Shown one piece after another: positions 54,202 through 64,000 of a stretch of DNA of 64,000 nucleotides (position 1 is the stretch's first letter; each line of letters begins with the position of its first letter). The DNA is from Candidatus Sulfotelmatobacter sp. (GTDB lineage Bacteria; Acidobacteriota; Terriglobia; Terriglobales; Acidobacteriaceae), in the NCBI GenBank assembly GCA_036268025.1, contig DATAUY010000133.1, forward strand, positions 38,442 through 102,441, written 5' to 3'. The notes under the pieces were generated by a model, which worked only from the letters and a program-made list of their open reading frames with translations, was not told the DNA's origin and did no database searches. Both the position numbers and the translations under genes were made by a program.

Positions 54202-57200
54202 ATGAGTCCTTCACGACTATTCATTCTCCGGCCTGTTGCCACCTTCCTCTTGATGGTGGGCGTCGTCTTGGTCGGCTTGGTTGCATTTCTACAACTTCCG
54301 GTCTCCGCGCTGCCCGAAGTTGACTACCCCACGATCCAGGTAGTGACGTTTTATCCGGGGGCTTCTCCGGATGTGATGGCCTCTTCCGTAACTGCGCCGC
54401 TGGAGCGGCAATTCGGCCAGGTTCCCGGCCTCAGCCAGATGACTTCGACGAGTTCGTTTGGCAGTTCGGTCATCACCTTGCAATTCGGCCTCGACCAGAA
54501 CATCGATGTCGAAGAGCAGCAGGTACAGGCGGCGATCAATTCCGGCTCGACCTACCTGCCGACCGATCTGCCGAATCCTCCCATCTACAACAAGGTCAAT
54601 CCCGCCGACGCGCCGATTCTGACGTTGGCATTAAGTTCGGACTCGCTGCCACTATCGAAAGTGGAAGATCTCGCGGATACATCGCTTGCCCAAAAGATTT
54701 CTCAGCTACCGGGCGTCGGACTTGTCTCTATCAGCGGTGGTCAGAAGCCCGCGGTACGGATCCAGGCGAATCCGACCGCGCTATCGTCTTACGGTCTAAG
54801 CCTGGAGGACTTGCGCGCGGCACTGGCGCAGGCAAACGTGGACCAAGCTAAGGGCGAAATCGACGGCGTGCGGCAGTCTTATACGATCGGCGCCAATGAC
54901 CAGCTTTTCTCCAGCGAGCAGTACAAGCCGATTGTGATCGCCTACCACAACGGCGCGCCGGTCCGGTTGAGCGATGTCGCTAACGTTATTGACGGTACGG
55001 AGAACGATCAACTCGCGGCGTGGATGAACCTCACTCCTGCGGTGATCGTCAATATTCAAAGGCAGCCGGGCGCAAACATCATCAGCGTGGTCGACCGGAT
55101 CAAGAAACTGCTGCCGCAATTGCAGGCGTCGTTGCCCACAGCGGTCAAGGTACAAATTCTTACTGACCGCACGACGACCATCCGTGCGTCGGTAAAGGAT
55201 GTCGAATTTGAGTTGATGCTCGCCATTGGCCTCGTCGTAATGGTGGTATTCCTGTTTCTCCGGAACCTCTCCGCGACGGTGATTCCGAGCGTCGCTGTGC
55301 CGCTCTCGCTGATCGGTACCTTTGGCGTGATGTACCTGCTCGGATACAGCCTCAATAATCTTACTCTGATGGCGCTCACGATCTCGACTGGATTTGTGGT
55401 GGACGACGCCATCGTGATGATCGAGAACATCGACCGGTTTCTCGAATCCGGAGACACCCCTCTGGACGCGGCACTTAAGGGATCGGCCCAGATCGGATTC
55501 ACGATTATTTCGCTGACCGTGTCGCTGATCGCCGTTCTGATTCCTCTGCTCTTCATGGGCGACATCGTCGGAAGGCTGTTCCGCGAGTTCGCAGTCACGC
55601 TGGCCGTGACCATTCTCGTGTCAGCGGCAGTCTCCTTGAGCCTGACGCCGATGATGTCAGCTAAGCTGCTCAAACATCGCAAAGAGGGCGAGAAAGGGCG
55701 CTTCTACGAGATCACAGAGGACTACTACAACCGCATCATCGCCTTTTACGGGCGTACGGTGAAATTCGTTCTCAAGCACCAGCCTGCGACATTGTTGGTG
55801 ACGCTCGCGACCCTGGTGCTGACGCTGTTTCTATACGTAGTTGTTCCTAAAGGCTTCTTTCCCGTGCAGGATACCGGAGTGATCCTGGGTATATCCCAGG
55901 CCCCCGATTCTGTTTCGTTCGACGCCTTGTCGACACGGCAACAGGAACTGGCCAAGGTCATTCTCAAAGACACAGATGTGGAAAGCCTGTCGTCGTTCAT
56001 CGGCGTCGACGGAACGAACACGACGCCAAACGAAGGCCGCATTCAGATCAATCTGAAGCCGCGGGATGAACGAAAAGATGACGCATCGGCCATCATCCGG
56101 CGCCTGCAACCCGAACTCGCCAAAGTTGACGGGATCACGCTCTACATGCAACCGGTGCAGGACCTTACCGTGGAAGATCGCGTAAGCCGCACGCAATTCC
56201 AATATTCGATTGAAGATGCGGACGCACAGGAACTTGCGCAGTGGACGCCAAAGCTGGTTGCAAAGCTGCAAACCCTGCCTGAGTTGCGCGATGTCGCCAC
56301 CGACCAACTCAACAATGGTCTGAAAACAACCCTCTCAATTGATCGCGACAGTGCGTCTCGACTTGGAATTTTCCCCCAGGCGATCGACAACACTTTGTAT
56401 GACGCTTTCGGTCAGCGCCTGGTTTCGACGATCTTCACACAGTTGAACCAATATCATGTGGTCCTCGAAGTCCTGCCGAACTTCGCCAAGAGCCCGGACA
56501 GCCTCAATGACATCTACATCCGTCCCAGCACGGTGAATGCGAATACCGGCGCTCCGTCGGCCAACGGTGCAACGGTGACGACCAGTGGAGCGCCCGTCCC
56601 GATCTCGACGTTTACGCGGATGAGTTCCACCAACACATCTCTTTCCGTCAACCATCAAGGGCAATTCCCTGTGGTAACGCTCTCATTCAATCTTGCGCCG
56701 GGAGCTTCGCTGGGAGATGCGACGAAAGCGATTCAGCAGGCTGAAAAGGACATTCAACTTCCTCCCAGCATTCATGCTTCGTTCCAGGGCACCGCGGCGG
56801 CATTCCAGAATTCTTTGGCCTCCGAGCCTTACCTGATTCTCGCGGCTGTCATTACCGTCTACATCGTGCTCGGAGTGCTGTATGAAAGTTATATCCATCC
56901 GATCACGATCCTTTCCACCTTGCCCTCGGCGGGAGTCGGCGCGATTCTCGCGCTGATGATCACCGGCAATGACCTGACTGTCGTGGCGCTGATCGGCATC
57001 ATTCTTCTCATTGGCATTGTGAAGAAGAACGCCATCATGATGATCGACTTCGCGCTCGAAGCCGAACGCGAAGAGCATAAGCCTCCGGAAGAAGCGATCT
57101 ATCAGGCATGCTTGCTGCGGTTCCGGCCGATTATGATGACCACGATGGCAGCACTGCTCGGGGGACTGCCGCTGGCTCTCGGTTCCGGCACGGGTGCGGA

Positions 57201-57372
57201 ACTCCGTCGTCCCCTGGGAATCACGATTGTCGGCGGGTTGTTGTTGAGTCAATTGCTTACTCTCTACACCACGCCGGTCGTCTATCTATGGTTCGACCGG
57301 CTTGCGCAACGGTTCTCACGCTACCGAATCGGCAATCCGATTCCCCACGATGAGCCGATCTCGGCGGACTAA
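54202..57372 (+). CDS. mdtB: RND multidrug efflux permease, MdtB-like
   Basis: [22 protein letters not shown]...[42 protein letters not shown] closely parallels the E. coli MdtB N-terminus as I recall it. 1056 aa, 12-TM RND layout. Confidence 0.9.
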   Translation: MSPSRLFILRPVATFLLMVGVVLVGLVAFLQLPVSALPEVDYPTIQVVTFYPGASPDVMASSVTAPLERQFGQVPGLSQMTSTSSFGSSVITLQFGLDQNIDVEEQQVQAAINSGSTYLPTDLPNPPIYNKVNPADAPILTLALSSDSLPLSKVEDLADTSLAQKISQLPGVGLVSISGGQKPAVRIQANPTALSSYGLSLEDLRAALAQANVDQAKGEIDGVRQSYTIGANDQLFSSEQYKPIVIAYHNGAPVRLSDVANVIDGTENDQLAAWMNLTPAVIVNIQRQPGANIISVVDRIKKLLPQLQASLPTAVKVQILTDRTTTIRASVKDVEFELMLAIGLVVMVVFLFLRNLSATVIPSVAVPLSLIGTFGVMYLLGYSLNNLTLMALTISTGFVVDDAIVMIENIDRFLESGDTPLDAALKGSAQIGFTIISLTVSLIAVLIPLLFMGDIVGRLFREFAVTLAVTILVSAAVSLSLTPMMSAKLLKHRKEGEKGRFYEITEDYYNRIIAFYGRTVKFVLKHQPATLLVTLATLVLTLFLYVVVPKGFFPVQDTGVILGISQAPDSVSFDALSTRQQELAKVILKDTDVESLSSFIGVDGTNTTPNEGRIQINLKPRDERKDDASAIIRRLQPELAKVDGITLYMQPVQDLTVEDRVSRTQFQYSIEDADAQELAQWTPKLVAKLQTLPELRDVATDQLNNGLKTTLSIDRDSASRLGIFPQAIDNTLYDAFGQRLVSTIFTQLNQYHVVLEVLPNFAKSPDSLNDIYIRPSTVNANTGAPSANGATVTTSGAPVPISTFTRMSSTNTSLSVNHQGQFPVVTLSFNLAPGASLGDATKAIQQAEKDIQLPPSIHASFQGTAAAFQNSLASEPYLILAAVITVYIVLGVLYESYIHPITILSTLPSAGVGAILALMITGNDLTVVALIGIILLIGIVKKNAIMMIDFALEAEREEHKPPEEAIYQACLLRFRPIMMTTMAALLGGLPLALGSGTGAELRRPLGITIVGGLLLSQLLTLYTTPVVYLWFDRLAQRFSRYRIGNPIPHDEPISAD

Positions 57373-57374
57373 CG

Positions 57375-60300
57375 ATGAGTATCTCGGCTCCATTTATCAA
57401 GCGTCCGATCGGTACCTCGCTGCTCGCAGCCGCGGTGTTGCTCTCGGGAATTCTTGCCTTCAACTTTCTGCCGGTAGCGCCTTTACCCAGGGTGGATTTT
57501 CCAGTCATCAGCGTGGGCGCGAGTTTACCGGGAGCAGACCCGCAGACTATGGCCTCTGCCGTGGCCACGCCCCTGGAACGGCAGTTTGGGCGCATTTCCG
57601 GCGTCAACCAAATGACGTCGTCGAGCCAGCTTGGATCAACCGGCATCACCATGCAGTTCGATCTGAACCGCGACATTAACGCTGCAGCGCGAGATGTTCA
57701 GGCGTCCATTAACGCGGCGCGAAGTCAACTGCCGGCGAACCTGCCGAGCAATCCGAGCTACCGCAAATCGAATCCCGCCGATGCGCCGATTCTTATTCTT
57801 GCGCTGACATCGGACACCATGACAGTGCCACGCATGTATGACGCGGCGGATTCAATTCTTGCCCAGAAGTTGGCCCAGGTCGATGGGGTCGGACAGGTTT
57901 TCGTCGGTGGCGCCGCGCAGCCCGCTGTCCGCGCGGAAGTAAACCCTACACTGCTGAATAAACTGGGCGTTGGGCTCGATACTGTCCGCAATGCACTCAA
58001 CGCCGCGAATGCAAACCTCGCGAAAGGTGCGGTCACCAGCAAAACGACTTCCAATGTTCTCGACGATACCGATCAGCTCTTCACTGCCGATCAGTACCGT
58101 CCGCTGATCATGTCTTATAAGAACGGCGCTGCCGTGCGCCTGGGAGACGTTGCTGAGGTCGAGGATTCGGTTGCGGATACGCGCAACATTGGGCTGTCGA
58201 ACGGCAAGCCCAGCGTTCTCATTATCGTGTTCCGCCAGCCCGGCGCCAACATTATCGACACTGTCGACCGCGTTCGGGCGCTCATGCCGTACCTGCAGTC
58301 GTCGATCTCGCCGGCCATCAATCTCTCGATCGCGATGGACCGCACCGTTACAGTACGCGCTTCGGTGAAAGACATTGAAGGGACACTCATCATCTCCGTC
58401 ATTCTGGTGATCCTGGTAGTGTTCGCATTTCTCCGCACAGTGCGCGCGACAATTATTCCCAGCATTGCAGTGCCGCTGTCGCTCATCGGCACATTCGGCG
58501 GAATGTACCTGTGTGGCTACAGCCTCGACAATCTTTCGCTGATGGCATTGGCGATTTCCACGGGTTTTGTAGTAGACGATGCCATCGTTGTTCTGGAGAA
58601 CATCACGCGCTACGTCGAGCACGGGATGGGTGCGGTGCAAGCAGCTTTCAAGGGCGCCGCGGAGATCGGCTTCACCGTCATATCGATGAGCGTATCGCTG
58701 GTAGCCGTGTTCATCCCGCTGTTGATGATGGGTGGAATTGTCGGGCGGTTATTCCGGGAGTTTGCGGTGACGCTCAGCATGGCGATTGGCATGTCGCTGG
58801 TCGTCTCGCTGACCACCACACCCACCATGTGCGCTAAATTCCTGCGTCCTGCCAAAAAAGAAGAGAAGCACAACCTGTTTTACCGGGCAAGCGAATGGGT
58901 TTTCGACGCCCTCCTCGCAACTTACACACGCATGCTGAAGTGGGTCTTGGCGTATCAGCCTGTGATGCTGACGGTCACGATTCTCGTGGCCTGCCTGAGC
59001 GTTTATCTCTACATCAAGGTCCCGAAGGGATTCTTTCCGCAGCAGGACGCGGGACGTCTTCAAGGCTCTGTCGTAGGGGCACAGGACATCTCATTTCAGT
59101 CGATGCGCGACAAGATGCAGCGATACATTGCTATCGTAATGAAAGACCCGGCGGTCGATTCGGTGGCCGGTTTTGCGGGCGGAAACACGGCGCTAAACCA
59201 GGGCCGTTTCTTTGTAATGCTTAAATCCCTGGAAGAACGAGGACCATGCGAAAAGAAACATTTCTGGGAACGCTGCCACTATGCGTCAGCAGATGACGTG
59301 ATCAACCGGCTTCGCAACAAGCTTGCGGTCGTGCCTGGCGCAACTCTGATCATGCAGGCTTCTCAGGATCTTACGATTGGCGGCCGCTTCGGCAACGCAC
59401 AGTATCAATACACTCTGCAAAGCGCAAATCTCGACGACCTGAATACGTGGTCTCCGCGGTTGTTGCAAAAGCTGAAGACGCTGCCGGAGTTGCGGGACCA
59501 GAACTCGGACCAGCAGGACAAAGGCTTGCAAGCCAAGCTGGTGATTGACCGTGATACCGCAAGCCGGATGGGAATCACCCCCCAAACTCTGGACAATGCT
59601 CTTTACGACGCGTTCGGGCAACGGCAGGTTTCAACCATGTACCGGCCTTTGAACCAATACCACGTGGTCATGGAGGTTGCGCCGCAATTCCAGCAGACGA
59701 CGGAAGCCCTCAACAATATCTATCTGCGTTCGACCGCGGGTACTCCAATACCTCTGGCGGCATTCACCCATTTTGAACCGTCGAACACACCGCTGGCTGT
59801 AAACCACCAGGGCCAGGTGCCATCGGTGACCATCTCCTTCAATCTTGCGCCAGGGATCTCGCTGGGTCAGGCGACTCAGGCGATTGAGAATGCAGAGCGC
59901 AGCATCGGATTCCCGCCAACGGTAACGGCAAGCTTTCAGGGCACCGCGCAGGCTTTTCAGGATTCTCTGTCGAGCGAGCCGGTCTTGATTCTAACCGCTT
60001 TAATTACCGTCTATATCGTGCTCGGAATGCTCTATGAGAGCTACATTCATCCGATCACGATACTTTCGACTCTGCCTTCGGCCGGGGTTGGGGCCTTGCT
60101 GGCACTTCTTCTTACTCACAACGAACTGAACGTGATCGGTACGATCGGCATCATTTTGCTCATTGGCCTCGTAAAAAAGAACGCCATCATGATGATAGAC
60201 GTTGCCCTCGATGTGGAACGCAAGCAGGGGAAGAAGCCAGTGGAGGCAATTTACGAAGCGTGCATTCTGCGCTTTCGGCCCATCACGATGACCACGATGG

Positions 60301-60539
60301 CGGCGCTGCTTGGCGGCCTGCCTTTGGCATTGGGCACAGGAACAGGTTCTGAATTGCACCGGCCGCTCGGTATCACCATCGTGGGCGGACTGATAGTCAG
60401 CCAGATGCTTACTCTTTTCACCACTCCGGTCGTTTACGTTTATCTTGACCGGCTGCGCCTGGCCCTGCGAGGCGGCGAAGACAAGGAATTGCCCTCAACA
60501 TCGGCCCCCGTAACTCCGCGGCCCAGTCCGGCCCACTAA
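57375..60539 (+). CDS. mdtC: RND multidrug efflux permease, MdtC-like
   Basis: FIKRPIGTSLLAAAVLLSGILAFNFLPVAPLPRVDFPVISVGASLPGADPQTMASAVATPLERQFGRI parallels the MdtC N-terminus. 1054 aa; begins 2 nt after the mdtB stop. Confidence 0.9.
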   Translation: MSISAPFIKRPIGTSLLAAAVLLSGILAFNFLPVAPLPRVDFPVISVGASLPGADPQTMASAVATPLERQFGRISGVNQMTSSSQLGSTGITMQFDLNRDINAAARDVQASINAARSQLPANLPSNPSYRKSNPADAPILILALTSDTMTVPRMYDAADSILAQKLAQVDGVGQVFVGGAAQPAVRAEVNPTLLNKLGVGLDTVRNALNAANANLAKGAVTSKTTSNVLDDTDQLFTADQYRPLIMSYKNGAAVRLGDVAEVEDSVADTRNIGLSNGKPSVLIIVFRQPGANIIDTVDRVRALMPYLQSSISPAINLSIAMDRTVTVRASVKDIEGTLIISVILVILVVFAFLRTVRATIIPSIAVPLSLIGTFGGMYLCGYSLDNLSLMALAISTGFVVDDAIVVLENITRYVEHGMGAVQAAFKGAAEIGFTVISMSVSLVAVFIPLLMMGGIVGRLFREFAVTLSMAIGMSLVVSLTTTPTMCAKFLRPAKKEEKHNLFYRASEWVFDALLATYTRMLKWVLAYQPVMLTVTILVACLSVYLYIKVPKGFFPQQDAGRLQGSVVGAQDISFQSMRDKMQRYIAIVMKDPAVDSVAGFAGGNTALNQGRFFVMLKSLEERGPCEKKHFWERCHYASADDVINRLRNKLAVVPGATLIMQASQDLTIGGRFGNAQYQYTLQSANLDDLNTWSPRLLQKLKTLPELRDQNSDQQDKGLQAKLVIDRDTASRMGITPQTLDNALYDAFGQRQVSTMYRPLNQYHVVMEVAPQFQQTTEALNNIYLRSTAGTPIPLAAFTHFEPSNTPLAVNHQGQVPSVTISFNLAPGISLGQATQAIENAERSIGFPPTVTASFQGTAQAFQDSLSSEPVLILTALITVYIVLGMLYESYIHPITILSTLPSAGVGALLALLLTHNELNVIGTIGIILLIGLVKKNAIMMIDVALDVERKQGKKPVEAIYEACILRFRPITMTTMAALLGGLPLALGTGTGSELHRPLGITIVGGLIVSQMLTLFTTPVVYVYLDRLRLALRGGEDKELPSTSAPVTPRPSPAH

Positions 60540-60772
60540 TTCCTCACGACTTCCGGCGGCGTGCCCGCATGGCAGTATGCAACCTGGGGAAAGAAATCCC
60601 GCATCGCAGAGCTAGGTCGTGCTGCCTAAAGATGAGATTGTCCCGTATGATAGGGGTTCGCGAGTAGACTGCCGGGGGTACCGCACATTCGTCGACGTGT
60701 GCCGGCCGAACCAGCGATTTCGAACCAGCGATTTCCAGGATCGTTTTCGACAAAACTCTTGAGGAGTTACGG

Positions 60773-61852
60773 ATGCTAAAGAAAGCAGCAGCTTTGTTGC
60801 TGGTGGGTACGGTTGTGGGAATGTGCGTCAGTTGTGGTTTGATCGGTTCCAACTCCGGCAGCAACCGGTACGTTTACGCGGCGATTCCCGCCTCCAACGA
60901 GATTGTTGTTTATCGCGAAGATCCTAATTCCGGAGTCCTGAGCCAACTGGCGGGCAGCCCGATCAGTGTCGGATCCGCCGTGCAATCACTCGCGATCCAT
61001 CCATCGAAAAAATTTTTGTACGCCGCCAATTCCGGTGAGGGAGATATTTCGCAGTTTACGATCTTGAGCGGGGGGGGATTGCAGGAAATGACTCCCCGCC
61101 CCCCCGCAGGCACAGCGCCAACTGTTCTAGTCATGGATTCTGCCGGCAGCTACCTGTTCGTCGGCAATGCGGGATCGAATGACATTTCGATTTTTTCCAT
61201 CGACTCGAGCAGTGGCCTCTTGACCCAGGTGGGAACCAATGTTCCGATCGGCCTCACTCCGCTGGCCATGAAACTTTCTCCTTTGGGGAATTATCTTTAC
61301 GTGACTGGTCAGCAGTCGCAGGGATTCGTAGAAGTATTTACCGTCAACGCCGGCGCGATCGCGCCTTTATTGCCCAATGCGGTGTTTCTTACGGGAAATG
61401 GGCCGTACGGACTTGAGGTTGCTTCCAGCGGCAGCGTCCTCTACACCGCGAACAAGATTGACAATACGATCTCTGAGTTCACAGTCCAGTCCGATGGATC
61501 GCTACAACAGATCACGGGTTCGCCGCTGGGCGAAAGCTTCGCCGGTCCAGCCGCGCTGCTGATCGACAAGTCGGGGACCTACATGTATGTGGCCAATCAG
61601 GGCTCGACTAATTTAGCTGGATATTCTGTCGGTTCCGATGGCACCATCGCGTTGCTCACGACATCCCCGTTTGGCACAGGATCGCAGCCAAGTATTATTG
61701 CCGCCGATCCGAATGGAAAATATCTTTTTGTCGGCAACCAGTCGAGCCCCGCGCTTCAGTCTTTCAGCCTTGATGGCAGTACGGGGACACTTACATCGGT
61801 GCAAACCTACCCGGTTCCGGGTAACCCGACCTCGATCGCTGTGACGCCGTAG
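60773..61852 (+). CDS. Lactonase-type seven-bladed beta-propeller lipoprotein (6-phosphogluconolactonase-like family)
   Basis: Lipobox GMCVSCG. Repeated blades of the type YVYAA...I.V(Y/F).(I/V)D..SG.L....G.P...G..P..(L/I)A..P.GK(F/Y)L(Y/F)V(A/G)N. Confidence 0.7.
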   Translation: MLKKAAALLLVGTVVGMCVSCGLIGSNSGSNRYVYAAIPASNEIVVYREDPNSGVLSQLAGSPISVGSAVQSLAIHPSKKFLYAANSGEGDISQFTILSGGGLQEMTPRPPAGTAPTVLVMDSAGSYLFVGNAGSNDISIFSIDSSSGLLTQVGTNVPIGLTPLAMKLSPLGNYLYVTGQQSQGFVEVFTVNAGAIAPLLPNAVFLTGNGPYGLEVASSGSVLYTANKIDNTISEFTVQSDGSLQQITGSPLGESFAGPAALLIDKSGTYMYVANQGSTNLAGYSVGSDGTIALLTTSPFGTGSQPSIIAADPNGKYLFVGNQSSPALQSFSLDGSTGTLTSVQTYPVPGNPTSIAVTP

Positions 61853-62118
61853 TCACATCGTTGCCAAAACATCCGTCAGACGTTCGACTCCTTATCGGAC
61901 GCTCAAAACGGCTTCAGAATTCGCCGTCTGTGCGTTTTGAAATGATGTTTTCTTGACAAATCGGCGACAATGCTTGGGTTCAGCATTGGCACAATACACT
62001 ACAAGGCACGCTGAAACTCAGTACAACTGCGGTACCCGCGAGGGTCATCCAATCTTTCTAGATGATGCCCCGCAAGCAGTGGCGCTGACTGCGTGCCGGA
62101 GAGCGAAACGAACATCCC

Positions 62119-63168
62119 ATGAGAATCGCCAGCGCCGCGAGCGCTTTTCCCAAATATTACTATCCTCAGAAATTTCTCCTCGAACAATTGCAGGCGTATT
62201 GGGGCGACCGCCTGAAGAACCCCCTTATGCTGGCGCGCCTGCACAAGAACGTTGCCGTCGAGGGCCGTCATCTCTGCATGTCGTACGAAAAATACTACGA
62301 CGTGAAGACTTGGGGCAATGCGAATGACATCTGGATTCAGGTCGCGCAAGAGCTTGGCGAGCAGGCGCTTTGCCGGGCGCTGCATCACGCGGGGCTTGAG
62401 TCAGGGGCTTTGGGCGCGCTGTTTTTCACTTCGGTGACCGGCATATCGAGCCCGTCGATCGATGCCCTGCTCGTGAACCGCATGAAGCTGCCGCGGAACA
62501 TCAAGCGCGTTCCGATTTTCGGACTCGGCTGCGTTGCGGGAGCTGCAGGAATCGCGCGCTGCGCCGATTATGTTCGCGCCTACCCGTCTCAAGCTGCCGC
62601 CCTGGTCTCGGTGGAATTGTGCTCGCTGACGATCCAGCGCGAGAATCTTTCCGTCGCGAATCTGATTTCCTCGGGACTATTTGCCGACGGATCGGCTGCG
62701 GTAGTTGTGACCGGAAAAGACGTCGAGGCGAACGGCCCCGAAGTTCTCGCAACCCAATCAGTCTTCTATCCGCAAACCGAAGAGATGATGGGATGGCAGG
62801 TGAGCGAGAAGGGATTCAATATCACCCTGTCTCCGGAAGTGCCGACGCTCATCCGCGAAAACCTGGGGCAGAACATGGACGACTTTCTGTCCGCGCATGA
62901 TCTGAAACGCCGTGATATTGGAAGCTGGGTGCTGCACACCGGCGGGCCGAAGGTGCTGGAAGCGACGGCGGCCGCCCTGGATCTGCATGATGGAGAACTC
63001 GACGCTTCGTGGGACTGCCTGAAGAAAGTCGGGAACCTCTCGTCGGCATCGGTGCTGGTGGTGCTCGAAGACGTAATGCGCAATCGCCGCCCGGAACCGG
63101 GAACGCTTGGAATTCTGGCAGCAATGGGTCCGGGATTCTGTTCCGAACTTTTGCTGTTGCGCTGGTGA
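62119..63168 (+). CDS. Type III polyketide synthase (chalcone/stilbene synthase superfamily)
   Basis: Catalytic Cys in FGLGCVAGAAG, His in WVLHTGGPKVL, Asn in VGNLSSASVLVVL. 349 aa. Confidence 0.9.
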   Translation: MRIASAASAFPKYYYPQKFLLEQLQAYWGDRLKNPLMLARLHKNVAVEGRHLCMSYEKYYDVKTWGNANDIWIQVAQELGEQALCRALHHAGLESGALGALFFTSVTGISSPSIDALLVNRMKLPRNIKRVPIFGLGCVAGAAGIARCADYVRAYPSQAAALVSVELCSLTIQRENLSVANLISSGLFADGSAAVVVTGKDVEANGPEVLATQSVFYPQTEEMMGWQVSEKGFNITLSPEVPTLIRENLGQNMDDFLSAHDLKRRDIGSWVLHTGGPKVLEATAAALDLHDGELDASWDCLKKVGNLSSASVLVVLEDVMRNRRPEPGTLGILAAMGPGFCSELLLLRW

Positions 63169-63177
63169 AGTCCAACT

Positions 63178-64000
63178 ATGCCGCAAGACGCGACCGACGT
63201 TTTCGTGATTGGTGGGGGCCCCGCGGGACTTGCGGTCGCGATCGCCGCCCGCCAAAGAGGTCTAACGGTAACGGTTGCAGATGGCGCGCAGCCTCCCATC
63301 GACAAAGCATGCGGCGAGGGACTCCTACCGGACAGTTTAACGGCACTTGGGCGATTGGGAATTCAGCTGCCCCTTTCCGAGGCGTACGCATTTTCGGGGA
63401 TTCGCTTTCTCAATCCTCGATTGTCCGCCGAAGCTCCATTCCCGTCGCGGCAGTGTGGCGTCTCTATTCGCCGGACTGTGCTCCATCGGATTATGACGGA
63501 ACGGGCCGAGCAGTTGGGGGCTCATCTATTGTGGCGAACTTCCGTGAATGGCATTTCTGAAGATGCGGTGCGGCTTGCAGATCGTGTAATTCACACTCGC
63601 TGGATCGTAGGCGCCGACGGAGCGAATTCGCGGGTGCGCCACTGGGCCGGGATTCAAGCTGCGAAACATCCCCGGTTGCGCTATGCCTTTCGCCGCCACT
63701 ATCGCACTGCTCCCTGGACCGATCACATGGAGATTCATTGGGGCGACCGCTGTCAGGGCTACGCGACGGGGGTGACCAACGACGAGGTGTGTGTGGCGCT
63801 GGCATCGTACGATCCACAGTTGCGATTGGAGGAAGGCCTCCAAGAATTGCCGAGGCTTCGAACTCGTTTGCAGGGAGCCGAGATTGCTTCATCGGAAAGA
63901 GGAGCCCTCACCGGCAATCGCAGCCTGAAACGGGTTTGGAGGAGCAACGTTGCTCTCGTCGGCGATGCTTCCGGCACAGTCGATGCGATTACAGGGGAAG
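63178..64000 (+). CDS. FAD-dependent oxidoreductase (geranylgeranyl-reductase/flavin monooxygenase-like), 3' end beyond window
   Basis: Not in the ORF track (no stop before the edge). ATG 63178 gives MPQDATDVFVIGGGPAGLAVAIAARQRGL (GxGxxG), DKACGEGL, IVGADGANSRVR and LVGDASGTVDAITGE. Confidence 0.8.
   Translation, partial: MPQDATDVFVIGGGPAGLAVAIAARQRGLTVTVADGAQPPIDKACGEGLLPDSLTALGRLGIQLPLSEAYAFSGIRFLNPRLSAEAPFPSRQCGVSIRRTVLHRIMTERAEQLGAHLLWRTSVNGISEDAVRLADRVIHTRWIVGADGANSRVRHWAGIQAAKHPRLRYAFRRHYRTAPWTDHMEIHWGDRCQGYATGVTNDEVCVALASYDPQLRLEEGLQELPRLRTRLQGAEIASSERGALTGNRSLKRVWRSNVALVGDASGTVDAITGE

Noticed and set aside
60544-60864. 106-aa minus-strand ORF between mdtC and the lactonase-like gene
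   Set aside because: It overlaps the 5' end and signal peptide of the plus-strand lipoprotein gene, and it has no motifs or RBS. Probably spurious.
1-64000. Search for tRNA, rRNA, CRISPR arrays, IS elements, integrases, toxin-antitoxin or known defence genes
   Set aside because: None recognised. There are no T-loop-like GGTTCGAAT motifs in intergenic DNA, no short regularly spaced repeats, and no transposase, recombinase or reverse-transcriptase motifs among the ORF translations. This was a scan by eye only, so small RNAs could be missed.

Overview
GC-rich chromosomal segment whose gene content suggests a soil Acidobacteriota-type genome; this taxonomic guess is an inference. No rRNA, tRNA, CRISPR array, transposase or integrase was recognised. 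About 1.0-20.4 kb (minus strand) is one long, tightly coupled gene train for a group 1h/5 high-affinity [NiFe] hydrogenase. It contains hhyS-hhyL, a NifU-like gene, three conserved unknowns, the maturation protease, two YceI-like genes, and hypC-D-E, a tandem-SIS gene, a glutaredoxin-like gene and hypF-A-B. At its 5' end sits a second, orphan hhyS paralog followed by a soluble PAS histidine kinase and a NarL/LuxR regulator. I rate this as the most interesting candidate system: a possible H2/redox sensor built from a group 1h small subunit. The remainder, in order: a porin plus a putative metal/redox membrane operon (His-rich 4TM protein, FixH/YtkA-like, polyferredoxin, exported protein with predicted N-terminal His); a translationally coupled CRTAC1/UnbV x3 + UnbU-like cassette; two gene remnants; a Cys-rich-domain LytS kinase with a divergent LytTR regulator; a two-lobed retropepsin-like protease; an HD protein; a CarboxypepD_reg TonB-dependent receptor; a 2211-aa repeat protein; leuCD; an mdtABC-like efflux operon; a lactonase-like propeller; and a type III PKS with a flavoprotein that is cut by the window end. 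All family calls rest on motifs read by eye from the translations, and no database search was run.
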